From Promethearchaeota archaeon (GTDB taxonomy: Archaea; Asgardarchaeota; Lokiarchaeia; Sigyniarchaeales; SOKP01): a stretch of DNA of 64,000 nucleotides. The notes under the pieces are model-generated. The model worked only from the letters and a program-made list of their open reading frames with translations, did not search any database and was not told the origin of the DNA. Position 1 is the stretch's first letter; each line of letters begins with the position of its first letter. The DNA is taken from contig JBHLPW010000006.1 in NCBI GenBank assembly GCA_048939015.1, forward strand, positions 1 to 64,000. Direction: 5' to 3'. The position numbers were made by a program, and so were the translations under genes. This document shows positions 18,386 to 28,392 of this stretch, in pieces.

Positions 18386-20569
18386 TTAGATTAAAAAATA
18401 GTATGACGTAATGATATCCGAAGACTGCTGCTCCCCGCCACTATAGAAAGTTAATTCCCATTGAAATTCATTCCAACCTTGTGGAAATCCTGATTCAAGA
18501 AGTGTATAAGGTGGGATTATTAAATAGAACAGGTGGTACCACATTGGCTCCCCATACGGATTTTCTTCCACGAAAAACGAAATAGTCCCATTGAAGTAAA
18601 CCTCAATTCCGTAAAACCATAGTTGGCAGGTATATGGAGGACCATAAATATCTTGAACTCTTTCTGAAAATGCGTGTCCCATTCCAACCATTAAATACGT
18701 CGTTTTATTATTGTATACCGTTCGACCGGCGCCTAATCTATTAAAATCAGGATAAAACCACGCATCTAGTAATTCGTCTTCTAAAGGCGTAGTAATTTCC
18801 CAACCATTTTCATCCATGAATGGATATGCATCATACCTTTCTTCTGGCCATGGTGATTCGCCGATCCCATCTCCGTCGCTATCCGTACCTGTGTAATCAG
18901 ACCAGTAATTACCTTCTAAGATATAGATATTGTACCAGTTATTAAGTCCTGGAGATAAGTCAAATACTTGCATGTCGTTATCTACAATGTTGTTCTGATA
19001 TATCATATTAACATAACATTCTCGATGCATGAATATTCCGTGAGTGTTATATTTGATGTCGTTCCTGAACGCGTCGTTATTACTTACATAGGAGAAGTAG
19101 ATACCGCCCCAATTATATACAAGTTCGTTTTTGTAGATTATGTTGTTTTCTGCCCCGTTCAAGAGTGCAATACCCGCCCATATGTTTTCGCTACAGAAAT
19201 TATCCATTATAATGTTTCCACTCGATTCTAAAACCACAATTCCTGAATCGAGATTTCTACTGCAGTCATTATCCGTTATTGTATTATAGTGTGAGTAATC
19301 TTTTATGAAAATGCCTTGCTCGCCGTTATCGTTGCATGTATTATCGGTTATACTGTTTCCTTCTGAGTATTGTACCGAAATACCTGATAATCCGTTTCCC
19401 GAGAAATCGTTTTGATCAATAACATTGTAATTCGCACTAAAAATCAATATAATACCGTTCTCGTAATTATTAGTACAAGTATTTTCTTTTATTCTGTTAT
19501 ATGTGGCATCTTCTTGGATAACAATTCCCTCTCCGTTTTCAATACAGTCATTTTCGGTTACTTCGTTATTATTTGACCACCTAATGACAATACCCCATGG
19601 GCCCCCAGTACACAAATTCTGTGTTATTAAATTATCATTAGAGTATTTAAGATAAATAGCTGGTCCTTCATTTTCTCTACAGTAATTTTCAGATATAAAG
19701 TTTCCATTTGAATTTTCCACCAAGATGCCGTTGGTATTTCGCCGGATTGTGTTTCTAATAATTTTATTGTGATTTACATTATTCATATAAATACCATTAG
19801 TGTTTCTTGTGACTACATTTTCATAAATAAGGTTGTCTTCCGCACCATAATAAAACCAATCAACAATTGTTATACCATTTTGATCATTTCTTCTACAGAA
19901 ATTCTCAGTTATATAATTACCAGAAGATGATCCCACCACAATCCCTGCCACAGAATTTCTTGAACAAACATTCTTGCTAACAGTATTATAGTTTGAATTT
20001 AACCAAACCATAATACCCCATGAATTATCTGTACAATAATTTCTGGTTATGATATTATCACCAGATTCTTCAAGATATATACCAGGTCCTGCGTTTCCAT
20101 AACAAAGATTTTGAGTTACTTCATTGTTATATGAATATAGTAAGGCGATTCCACTACCTTGTTCGGAATCCGGCCATCCATTATTAAACATTAGATTATT
20201 AATGATAACACCATTGGATGTAGCGACTAGTACAAGCCCCGCATTTCGTTCTCCAGGTGGTGGTTTAGTATTGTAAAACCAACAATTTTTTATGATAAAG
20301 AATGCAGTAGAATACATAATCATCATACAAAAAGTTGATTCCTCCCCATTAATTACTACATTCTTTATCATGTATGGATCTTCCTCAGTACCAGAACCCC
20401 TACACCACGGTTTTTTTGCCGCTTCCGCCCAAGTAATGCTGCTTTCTAATCCTGACATCCCTGCATCATCTATAATAATAGGATCAAAGTGATGAGATTT
20501 TCTTCTTGGTCTACATCCTACTACAGCTGCTACAGGAAATGTAATCGTAAGTGTAATCAAAATTACCAA
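18386..20569 (-). CDS. Secreted NosD/CASH parallel beta-helix protein without C-terminal TM anchor
   Basis: WCRGSGTEEDPY cap, many GIxL..S..N.I..N repeats, GNYWSDY..DGDGIG end-cap; frame extends to an ATT at 20597-20599. Confidence 0.88.
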   Translation of the reverse strand: MVILITLTITFPVAAVVGCRPRRKSHHFDPIIIDDAGMSGLESSITWAEAAKKPWCRGSGTEEDPYMIKNVVINGEESTFCMMIMYSTAFFIIKNCWFYNTKPPPGERNAGLVLVATSNGVIINNLMFNNGWPDSEQGSGIALLYSYNNEVTQNLCYGNAGPGIYLEESGDNIITRNYCTDNSWGIMVWLNSNYNTVSKNVCSRNSVAGIVVGSSSGNYITENFCRRNDQNGITIVDWFYYGAEDNLIYENVVTRNTNGIYMNNVNHNKIIRNTIRRNTNGILVENSNGNFISENYCRENEGPAIYLKYSNDNLITQNLCTGGPWGIVIRWSNNNEVTENDCIENGEGIVIQEDATYNRIKENTCTNNYENGIILIFSANYNVIDQNDFSGNGLSGISVQYSEGNSITDNTCNDNGEQGIFIKDYSHYNTITDNDCSRNLDSGIVVLESSGNIIMDNFCSENIWAGIALLNGAENNIIYKNELVYNWGGIYFSYVSNNDAFRNDIKYNTHGIFMHRECYVNMIYQNNIVDNDMQVFDLSPGLNNWYNIYILEGNYWSDYTGTDSDGDGIGESPWPEERYDAYPFMDENGWEITTPLEDELLDAWFYPDFNRLGAGRTVYNNKTTYLMVGMGHAFSERVQDIYGPPYTCQLWFYGIEVYFNGTISFFVEENPYGEPMWYHLFYLIIPPYTLLESGFPQGWNEFQWELTFYSGGEQQSSDIITSYYFLI

Positions 20570-20971
20570 AAGACTTACTTTAATAGCTTTTCTTTGAATT
20601 TTTTTTCCACCTTTTTTTTAAAGATTTCTTGATCATTATTGATCAAAATTTAGATATTCCAAATAATATTAAAAAGATTATGTAGAATATTACCAATAAA
20701 TTAAGAAAGATTAGTAGTAAATATTATATTTTAGTGGTAATAATTTACAGATTACTAGCAAATTCAAACGAGCTTACTACTTTTATTCTAATCCATTCAT
20801 AAGAAGTACTGATTAGTTTTTAGCAGTTAAATTGAATAAATCTAACTATTTTCTTTTAATTTTAATACATTGTTGATAATCGTATAAAAAAAGTAAATAT
20901 ATATAAAGAATTTTAACCATTTAGGATCTGAGCTATAGGTATTTTTCTAATTAAGGAGAAAGTTAATAATA

Positions 20972-22201
20972 TTGAAGGTGAGAGTTTTTTTGACTTCCTT
21001 AAATGTGAAATTAGAAGAGTCTGAAAAAAAATATAGAGATTTATTTAATAATAACCCATATGCAATTTGGCTTGTAGATCTACATGGTAAAATTATTGAC
21101 TGCAATAAAACCATGGATAAATTCATGTCAGTATTTAAACATACTGATTTAATAGGAAAATCTTTTAATGATGTACTTAAAATGTTTTCTCGTGAAGGAG
21201 ATCCAAGGTTTGAAAATTTAGAACAAATATTCAAAGACAGATTTAAGATTTTAGTTAAAAACGGGCGTTTAGAGCCTATAGAATTTGAGATATCTAGAGG
21301 TGATGGTAAGACATATTGGATAACTTTAGAAAGTGCTTTCGTAACAATTGGAAATGAACAACTCATTCAGCTTTTTATTAAAGATATTACAGAAAGAAAA
21401 TTGGCAGAAATCGAATTAAAAAAATTAAGGAAGGATTTAGAAACTCGAGTAAAAGAAAGAACTATCAAATTGGAAAATTCAGAAAAGAGATATAAGACAG
21501 TATATAGTAGAGCAGAATCATATAAAGGATTATTTACACATGATATTTCAAATATTCTGCACACAATTGGAAATTCGATAGAATTAAGCCAAATTCTTTT
21601 AGAAGAGGGTTCAGGTGAAAACGAGATAATTGAAAACCATGAAGTTATTATCCAACAAATTAAACGAGGGAAAGATCTTGTAAATAACATTAGAAAACTC
21701 TCTGAAATTGAAGAATTTGAAATACCATTAACCCCTACGGAAATAAATGAGAAATTGAATAGTGCTATTCAATTTGTTCGTGTAAGCTTTCAAGAACGAG
21801 AAGTTAGTTTTAATCTAAAAAGTAATGAAAATGAAATTTATGTAAAAGCAAACGAATTAATACTAGATGTTTTTGAGAATATTCTTATTAATGCTACTCG
21901 TTATAATAAAAATTATTGTGTTGAAATTGAAATTGATATATCAAAATGGTTAGAGAATGACAAGGCATATATTAAATTAGAATTTAAAGATAATGGAATT
22001 GGTATTGATGATACTCGAAAAAATTTAATATTCAAAAAAGAGAATAACAAAAATGCAGGATCTAAAGGGATGGGGCTTGGACTTTCGCTTGTTGCAAAAA
22101 TTTTAGATTTATATGAGGGTAAAATCTGGATTGAAGATAGAATTAAGGGTGATTATACTCAAGGAAGTAATTTTGTTCTATTAATACCAGAAGCAGAATA
22201 A
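20972..22201 (+). CDS. PAS-domain sensor histidine kinase
   Basis: PAS/PAC (DITERK), H-box THDISN, N-box ENILINA, DNGIGI, GMGLGLSLV. Confidence 0.93.
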   Translation: MKVRVFLTSLNVKLEESEKKYRDLFNNNPYAIWLVDLHGKIIDCNKTMDKFMSVFKHTDLIGKSFNDVLKMFSREGDPRFENLEQIFKDRFKILVKNGRLEPIEFEISRGDGKTYWITLESAFVTIGNEQLIQLFIKDITERKLAEIELKKLRKDLETRVKERTIKLENSEKRYKTVYSRAESYKGLFTHDISNILHTIGNSIELSQILLEEGSGENEIIENHEVIIQQIKRGKDLVNNIRKLSEIEEFEIPLTPTEINEKLNSAIQFVRVSFQEREVSFNLKSNENEIYVKANELILDVFENILINATRYNKNYCVEIEIDISKWLENDKAYIKLEFKDNGIGIDDTRKNLIFKKENNKNAGSKGMGLGLSLVAKILDLYEGKIWIEDRIKGDYTQGSNFVLLIPEAE

Positions 22202-22238
22202 TTACTCAATCAAAATTAAACTAATAATATAGTTAATT

Positions 22239-23066
22239 ATGAAAGAAGAAAATCCTAAAAATAAAAAATCAAAAAAGGATGTAAAATGGTATACTTATGT
22301 AGATTCAGAACTAGACCATAAATTAAAAGAATTCATGGAGGAGCACAGTCTTAAAAAGCAAGCACAAATAATAAGAGATTGTGTAAATTACTACATAGAT
22401 TATGTAAAATATGTTATGCAAAAACCCTTTGAGAAAAGAGAATATGATAACATATACATCAACAATTATATTAAAGAAGCCATTGATCTTCATGAGATTA
22501 ATAAGACGCTCTATGAAGAGCTAAAACAGAAACTTTCACCCCTTAAAGTATCAATTCTCATGTTGAATAATCTTTTAGAGGATCCAGATAAATTAAAAGA
22601 AGGTATAGAGAATATAAAACTCGCTTTACAACAATTAGAAGACTCAATAAAAAGACGTTTTGAGGAGCCAAAAATAATTAGGCATCTTAAAAAATTCGAT
22701 ATTTTATATATTGAAGATAATGAATTAGAACGAAAAACAATTGAGACTTATTTCAAAAGAAAGAAGGGTTTAGATGTTAAAGCAATAGAAACTTCTGAAG
22801 AGGGACTCGAAATTTTAAAGGATTTTACTCCCAGAGCATTTTTGATAGATATAGATTTAAAAACAAGCAATATCAATGGAGATAGATTATGTCAGATTTT
22901 GAAATCTAATGCTCAATACAAGTCAATTCCAACAATTTTAATATCTGCTCTTGTTTCGGAAAATGAAAAAAAGGACATATTAAAATCTACTGGTGCTGAT
23001 GATATAATTATTAAACCTATTGATAAATTGGCTGATTTAGACATTTTACTTGAATATCTCAAATAG
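22239..23066 (+). CDS. Response regulator with N-terminal RHH-like domain
   Basis: REC: YIEDN, LIDIDL, ISA, IKPI; N-terminal beta-alpha-alpha pattern. Confidence 0.85.
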   Translation: MKEENPKNKKSKKDVKWYTYVDSELDHKLKEFMEEHSLKKQAQIIRDCVNYYIDYVKYVMQKPFEKREYDNIYINNYIKEAIDLHEINKTLYEELKQKLSPLKVSILMLNNLLEDPDKLKEGIENIKLALQQLEDSIKRRFEEPKIIRHLKKFDILYIEDNELERKTIETYFKRKKGLDVKAIETSEEGLEILKDFTPRAFLIDIDLKTSNINGDRLCQILKSNAQYKSIPTILISALVSENEKKDILKSTGADDIIIKPIDKLADLDILLEYLK

Positions 23067-23173
23067 AATATACTTCTTTTTTATGATACTTTGATTAGTT
23101 CTAATATCAAATAGAGCAGACTTTCTTTAGGAAAGCTTTTAAAGGATTAAAAAGTTTTAAGAAAAGAGAAACT

Positions 23174-24490
23174 ATGTTAGACACAAATTCAAATTCTCAA
23201 ATAGTAAGTCCTACAATATTAAAACTTCAGGAAGAAATTAAAACAAATAAGATAGAAGCAATTTTGAAGTTTTGGGAAAAGATTGAAAACATTGGTACTC
23301 CACTCTTTGAAACTATTGAAGAAGATAGTAAATATGAAATCATTACTTTTGTTTTTAGGAAAGATGAAGAGGTGGAAAATGTTGTTTGTAATAGTTTCTT
23401 TGTTAAAGAAAATATAAAAGAGGGTTTGCTCGAAACAATAAAAGATACAAATATTTATTACAAATCATATAAAATTCTTAAAGGTATAAGAGACACATAT
23501 TGTTTAAGTAAAAATAATCCATTAGAACCAAAAGATCCTTCTGAAAATACTTTTAAACATGTAGATTTGATATTTCATGATCCATTAAACTCCAAAAAGT
23601 CCTTCTTGAAAGTAGATGGAATTAGTATTCCAATTAATAATTTTGAATCCCCTGATGCTCCTCCTCAACCTTATTATGGTGAGCGTGTTGATATAGATCA
23701 TGGAGAAATACAAGAATATATATCTTATAGTGAAATTTTAGATATCAAACGAAAGATATTAGTTTATACACCCCCTAATTATTTAAAAACGCATTCTCCT
23801 TATCATTTTCTTTTATTATTTGATGGTTTTTTATTTGAAGAGGATGCTAAAGTTTCTTCCACTTTAGATAATCTCATTGCTGATGAAAAGATTCCTCCCC
23901 TGGTAGCAATTATGGTCGAGAATTTCATTCCGACGAATACAACTATAAGATCTTACGAATTACCTCCTAATCCCAGATTCAAGGACTATATAATAAAAGA
24001 ATTATTACCTTGGGTGCTTGAAAATTTTAACATTACTAAGAATCCGTCTCATTCTGTTATTGCCGGAGCTAGTTATGGAGCTATTGCGTCTACTTATATA
24101 GCATTTAAGCACCCAGATATCTTTGGCAATGTATTATCAATGTCTGGAGCTTATTCTTGGTATCCTGGTGATGAAAATTGGAAAAAAACTGTAAAAAATC
24201 TTGAACAGTTCGAGCGGTGGTGGACAATTGAGGATGAAGAAGATCCAAGATGGCTCGCTCGTCAGTTTAATCAAAACGCAAAATTACCGTTAAAATTTTA
24301 CATTGATGTAGGAGTACTTGAGGTTGATGACCCCACAGGATTATATCAATCTAATCGTCATTTCTATACAATATTACAATCTAAGGGATATGCTGTTTAT
24401 TATACTGAATTTCTTGGAGGACACGATTTTGTTTGTTGGAGAAGTTCAATAGCAGATGGACTTATTTATCTTATAGGAAAAGGAATGTGA
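23174..24490 (+). CDS. Enterochelin esterase (Fes)-like esterase
   Basis: N-terminal DUF3327-like region (DPLN), VYTPP, FDG, GASYGA, GGHD. Confidence 0.88.
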   Translation: MLDTNSNSQIVSPTILKLQEEIKTNKIEAILKFWEKIENIGTPLFETIEEDSKYEIITFVFRKDEEVENVVCNSFFVKENIKEGLLETIKDTNIYYKSYKILKGIRDTYCLSKNNPLEPKDPSENTFKHVDLIFHDPLNSKKSFLKVDGISIPINNFESPDAPPQPYYGERVDIDHGEIQEYISYSEILDIKRKILVYTPPNYLKTHSPYHFLLLFDGFLFEEDAKVSSTLDNLIADEKIPPLVAIMVENFIPTNTTIRSYELPPNPRFKDYIIKELLPWVLENFNITKNPSHSVIAGASYGAIASTYIAFKHPDIFGNVLSMSGAYSWYPGDENWKKTVKNLEQFERWWTIEDEEDPRWLARQFNQNAKLPLKFYIDVGVLEVDDPTGLYQSNRHFYTILQSKGYAVYYTEFLGGHDFVCWRSSIADGLIYLIGKGM

Positions 24491-24497
24491 GTTAATC

Positions 24498-25481
24498 ATG
24501 AGTCTCAACTTAAAAGTAAATAGAAAACAGGATATTATCGCTTATTTGTTATTAATACTAACTATGGTGATTTGGGGAGGTACATGGCCATTAGGTCGAT
24601 GGTTGGTATCTGTAGAAGTAGGAGGAGCAACAATTCCTCCATTTATGATTGCTGCAATTCGTTATTTCTTAGCGATAATTTGCTTTTTTATCATTCTTAA
24701 AGTTAAAGAAGGAACTTTAAATTGGCAGTTTGCTAAAGAAAACTGGAAAATTTTAGTAGTTATGGGACTGTTGTCTGTAACCATATATCAATCAGGTTAT
24801 CTCTTAGGTGAAATATTTACAGCGGCAAGCGACGCCAGTATAGTGGTTGCTACAAATGCCTTTTGGGTTGTAATTCTTTCGAGTATTTTTCTAAAAACGG
24901 AGAGTTTTACTTGGAAAAAAGGTATTGGAACACTACTGGCATTCATAGCAGTTATCATTGTTGTAGGGTTTTCTCCAAACGTAGATGTCTTGAATCGCAT
25001 TCTTGGAGATGTTTTAATATTAGCAGCGGCATTTGCTTATGCGACATACACAGTTATTTCACGCTATTTTTTGAATAAATTTAAAAATGAACCAGAGAAT
25101 TATCAACCAAGCTCTATTTGGATAATGACATGGGTATCTTTTTTTGGATTCTTAACAACTACTCCGATAGCTTTAATTATCAGTCCAGAGTTTCTTAATC
25201 CGCTAGAATATATTTCAATTCCTCCACGAGTATGGATAGGAATTGCATACTTAGCATTTTTATCAACAGTGGGTGCATATACTTTTTATTTAGAGGGTGT
25301 AAAACGTTTGGATGCTAGTAGAGCAGCAATTTTTCAAGCTTTAGTTCCTTTATTCGGTGTTCTATTTTCTGCAATATTCCTTTTTGAAAACTTTGATATT
25401 TTGATTTATCCAATTTCTTTATTACTAGTCATTTTAGGAATAACTCTTGTGAATCTTAAAAAAAGCAAGAAACAAGAGTAA
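24498..25481 (+). CDS. DMT/EamA family transporter
   Basis: IWGGTW, two EamA repeats, about 10 TM. Confidence 0.9.
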   Translation: MSLNLKVNRKQDIIAYLLLILTMVIWGGTWPLGRWLVSVEVGGATIPPFMIAAIRYFLAIICFFIILKVKEGTLNWQFAKENWKILVVMGLLSVTIYQSGYLLGEIFTAASDASIVVATNAFWVVILSSIFLKTESFTWKKGIGTLLAFIAVIIVVGFSPNVDVLNRILGDVLILAAAFAYATYTVISRYFLNKFKNEPENYQPSSIWIMTWVSFFGFLTTTPIALIISPEFLNPLEYISIPPRVWIGIAYLAFLSTVGAYTFYLEGVKRLDASRAAIFQALVPLFGVLFSAIFLFENFDILIYPISLLLVILGITLVNLKKSKKQE

Positions 25482-25538
25482 CAACTACTTTTTAAAATAA
25501 AAAAAAAAAATTAAAACATAAAAAAATAAATAATAATT

Positions 25539-25664
25539 ATGACAGAAGCTACTCAAGAAATGGGGAATTGCGAAGATTGCGGGTTAGAAATCAATCTAGC
25601 TGATGCATGGAGAGTAGATGAGAAATATTATTGCCAAAATTGCTTCGAGAAATTGAACCTCTAA
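25539..25664 (+). CDS. 41-aa zinc-finger microprotein (not in ORF track)
   Basis: Hand translation MTEATQEMGNCEDCGLEINLADAWRVDEKYYCQNCFEKLNL*; CxxC-x17-CxxC in a GC-richer island within AT-rich spacer. Confidence 0.7.
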   Translation: MTEATQEMGNCEDCGLEINLADAWRVDEKYYCQNCFEKLNL

Positions 25665-25918
25665 CTTAAACGCTTTAAATTATATTACTTTTTATTATCC
25701 TTTTATCTCTTGAAAATCTCGAAAGTTTAGCTTATTTTGAGATAGAAATTTAATAAAAAATATTATGTTTAAATTTATTTTATCTTATTTTTAGTTAATA
25801 GATAATACTTCAAAAGAGAAAATTTCAAACTTCAATTATTTCAAATTAATTCTTTTTCACTTCAATAAAACATTAACTATATGTTTTTATATCTAAATTT
25901 TTTTATACCAAATAGAAA

Positions 25919-26266
25919 ATGAATGAAAATAAAGATTATTATAGTCTTTTGGAAATTAAAAAAGACGCTTCAGAAAAGGATATTAAAATAGCGTATAGGA
26001 AATTAGCTAAAAAATATCATCCTGATCTTAATAAAAATGATCCTCGCGCAAAAGAGAAATTTATAGAAATAAAGGAAGCCTATGACACATTGAAAGATCC
26101 GGTTAAACGTAAAACCTATGACCAATTAAAAAATAACCCCCAAACTTTCGATTGGAGTGATCTTTTTAGAACTACAGATTATAGAACATTTAGAGAGATT
26201 CTGAGGGAAATTTATAGAAATAGTAATCCTTATTATAAACCTCCTCCTGAGGGTATGTATATCTAA
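25919..26266 (+). CDS. Small J-domain (DnaJ-type) protein
   Basis: [30 protein letters not shown]; lacks zinc finger and C-terminal domain. Confidence 0.92.
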   Translation: MNENKDYYSLLEIKKDASEKDIKIAYRKLAKKYHPDLNKNDPRAKEKFIEIKEAYDTLKDPVKRKTYDQLKNNPQTFDWSDLFRTTDYRTFREILREIYRNSNPYYKPPPEGMYI

Positions 26267-26288
26267 TATCTTAAGATTTTACTATAAC

Positions 26289-27089
26289 TCAATTTTTCGA
26301 TTGAGTTTGAATGAAATCTATAATTAAGTTATAATAGAGTTTAAAATTTTTGACAGGAAAGGAGTGATTTGAATTTGGTGCAATAGCAAGAGCAGAATTT
26401 GGAATTAAGTGATGGATTTCCAAAGCTTCTTCTATAGGTGTCACATCATGATCTCCATGAACAATTAGGACTGGTAAACTAATAATTTTTACTTCTTCAT
26501 TAGGAAATTCTTCCGGATTCAACCACACTTTTGAAATTTCTAGAACAAATGTTTTCCAGTAATCAGGTCCATAAATGGCTGAAAACCTATCTTTAATGAT
26601 TGGGAGAAAATCTTTCAAAGTTTCTTCCATTTTTTCGAAATTTACATCACCCATTTTTTCAAAACCCAAACTATTTAATTCTTTTATATATTCTTCTGAT
26701 ATTTTAATTAATACTCCCGACACCACAATGGCTTTTATCAGATCAGGATGGTGTATAGCAAGTTCAAGTGCAATCTGTCCACCATCACTATGACCACATA
26801 TAATTGGTTTTTCTAATTTCAATGTTTTGATTAATCCGATAATGTCATCTGCCATTAATTTATAACTGAAATTATTAGTTGGGTTATCAGATTTCCCATG
26901 CCCTCGACAATCGGGAGCAATAACATGAAAATTTTTAGAAAGCTTGGGAATTTAATTTTCCCAATTCGAGCTTGCGGTACTAACTCCTCCATGAAGTAAA
27001 ATAATAGGATAACCTTTCCCCTGCTCAAGATAATACATCTTTATTCCATTTGTTAATACATAACTCTCTTTTAAATCATTTTCTGTAAT
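26289..27089 (-). pseudogene. Alpha/beta hydrolase interrupted by an in-frame TAA
   Basis: Frame upstream of the 188-aa ORF reads ..MYYLEQGKGYPIILLHGG..NWEN*IPKLSKNFHVIAPDCRGHGKS; stop at 26952-26954; downstream GHSDGG and HGDHD. Confidence 0.8.
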
Positions 27090-27269
27090 AATTAATCACG
27101 AAAATAATGAATTTCAATTATTCATTTAAAATAAATGATATTTTTAAATACTTTGGATTTCTTTTTCTCAAGATTAAATTTAACATTTATAAAAAGTTAT
27201 TAAATTGATTTAATTTACAACAAATAACGTATTTTATTAATAAAAAACAATGAGTAAGGAGAGATTGTA

Positions 27270-28352
27270 TTGACAGTTAATATTTACCACGAAAAAGACG
27301 CAGATATTTCAATTTTAAAAGATTCTGTAATAAGCGTAATTGGATATGGAAATCAGGGTAGATCGCAAGCATTAAACATGCGAGATTCTGGTCTAAATAT
27401 AATTGTAGGGAATGTGGAAGATAATTATAAAAAGAATGCAATTAAAGATGGTTTTGAAGCATTAAGTATTGAAGATGCGGTAAAAAAGAGTGATATTTCA
27501 TTTATATTAATCCCAGATGAAATCATGAAGGAAGTATTCGCAAAGATTATTAAGCCTAATTTGAAACAGGGAGATGCTATTATCTTTGCAAGTGGTTATA
27601 ATGTGGGGTTCAATTTATTAGATCTTCCAGATGATATTGATGTTTTAATGATAGCGCCTCGAATGATCGGAGTGGGTGTACGTGAAACTTTTCTAACTGG
27701 TGAAGGCTTCTTTAGTTTCATTGCTGTAGAGCAAGATTATACAGGTAAAGCCATGAATATACTATTAGCATTATCCAAAGCAGTAGGTACTCTCAAGAAA
27801 GGAGCAATAAAAATGTCATGCAAAGATGAAGCGGTTCTAGATTTATTCAATGAACAAGCATTCGGACCTGCTTTTGGTAGAATTCTCCTTACATCTATAA
27901 ATACCCTCGTCGATGCGGGTTACCCTCCTGAGGCCGTCTTAATAGAAATGTATATGAGTGGGGAGATGAGCTATACTTATCAAAAGATGGCTAAAATCGG
28001 GTTAGTAAAGCAAACTTATTTTCATTCCCACACTAGCCAATATGGTTCAATGAGTAGAGGGATAAGGTATATGAAACTTCCTATACGCCCTATTATGGAG
28101 CGAACTCTGAAGGAAATCGAATCAGGAGAATTTACAAAAGAATGGGAAAAAAAATCGAGTAAAGCTAAGTTTAAACTTATCAGATTCTTTGCCACTAAAC
28201 AAAGAATAAATAGATTAGAAAAGCAAGTACGGAAAAATCTTAAAATCAAGGAATATGATATTTATGAAGAAGAACCTCCTACGGAAGAGGAGATGAAAGA
28301 ACTGGAGAAAATTTCTGATGAAATAAAACAATTTGAAGAACTCTATAAATAA
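27270..28352 (+). CDS. ilvC: Ketol-acid reductoisomerase family protein
   Basis: IGYGNQG.SQALNMRDSG, LIPDE, DLFNEQ, SHTSQYG. Confidence 0.88.
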   Translation: MTVNIYHEKDADISILKDSVISVIGYGNQGRSQALNMRDSGLNIIVGNVEDNYKKNAIKDGFEALSIEDAVKKSDISFILIPDEIMKEVFAKIIKPNLKQGDAIIFASGYNVGFNLLDLPDDIDVLMIAPRMIGVGVRETFLTGEGFFSFIAVEQDYTGKAMNILLALSKAVGTLKKGAIKMSCKDEAVLDLFNEQAFGPAFGRILLTSINTLVDAGYPPEAVLIEMYMSGEMSYTYQKMAKIGLVKQTYFHSHTSQYGSMSRGIRYMKLPIRPIMERTLKEIESGEFTKEWEKKSSKAKFKLIRFFATKQRINRLEKQVRKNLKIKEYDIYEEEPPTEEEMKELEKISDEIKQFEELYK

Positions 28353-28392
28353 TTCTAATTTTAAAAAAAAAAGAAAGAAATTATTATTTATA

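Noticed and set aside
25919-26266. Canonical dnaJ chaperone gene
   Set aside because: J-domain only; no G/F region, zinc finger or dnaK/grpE context
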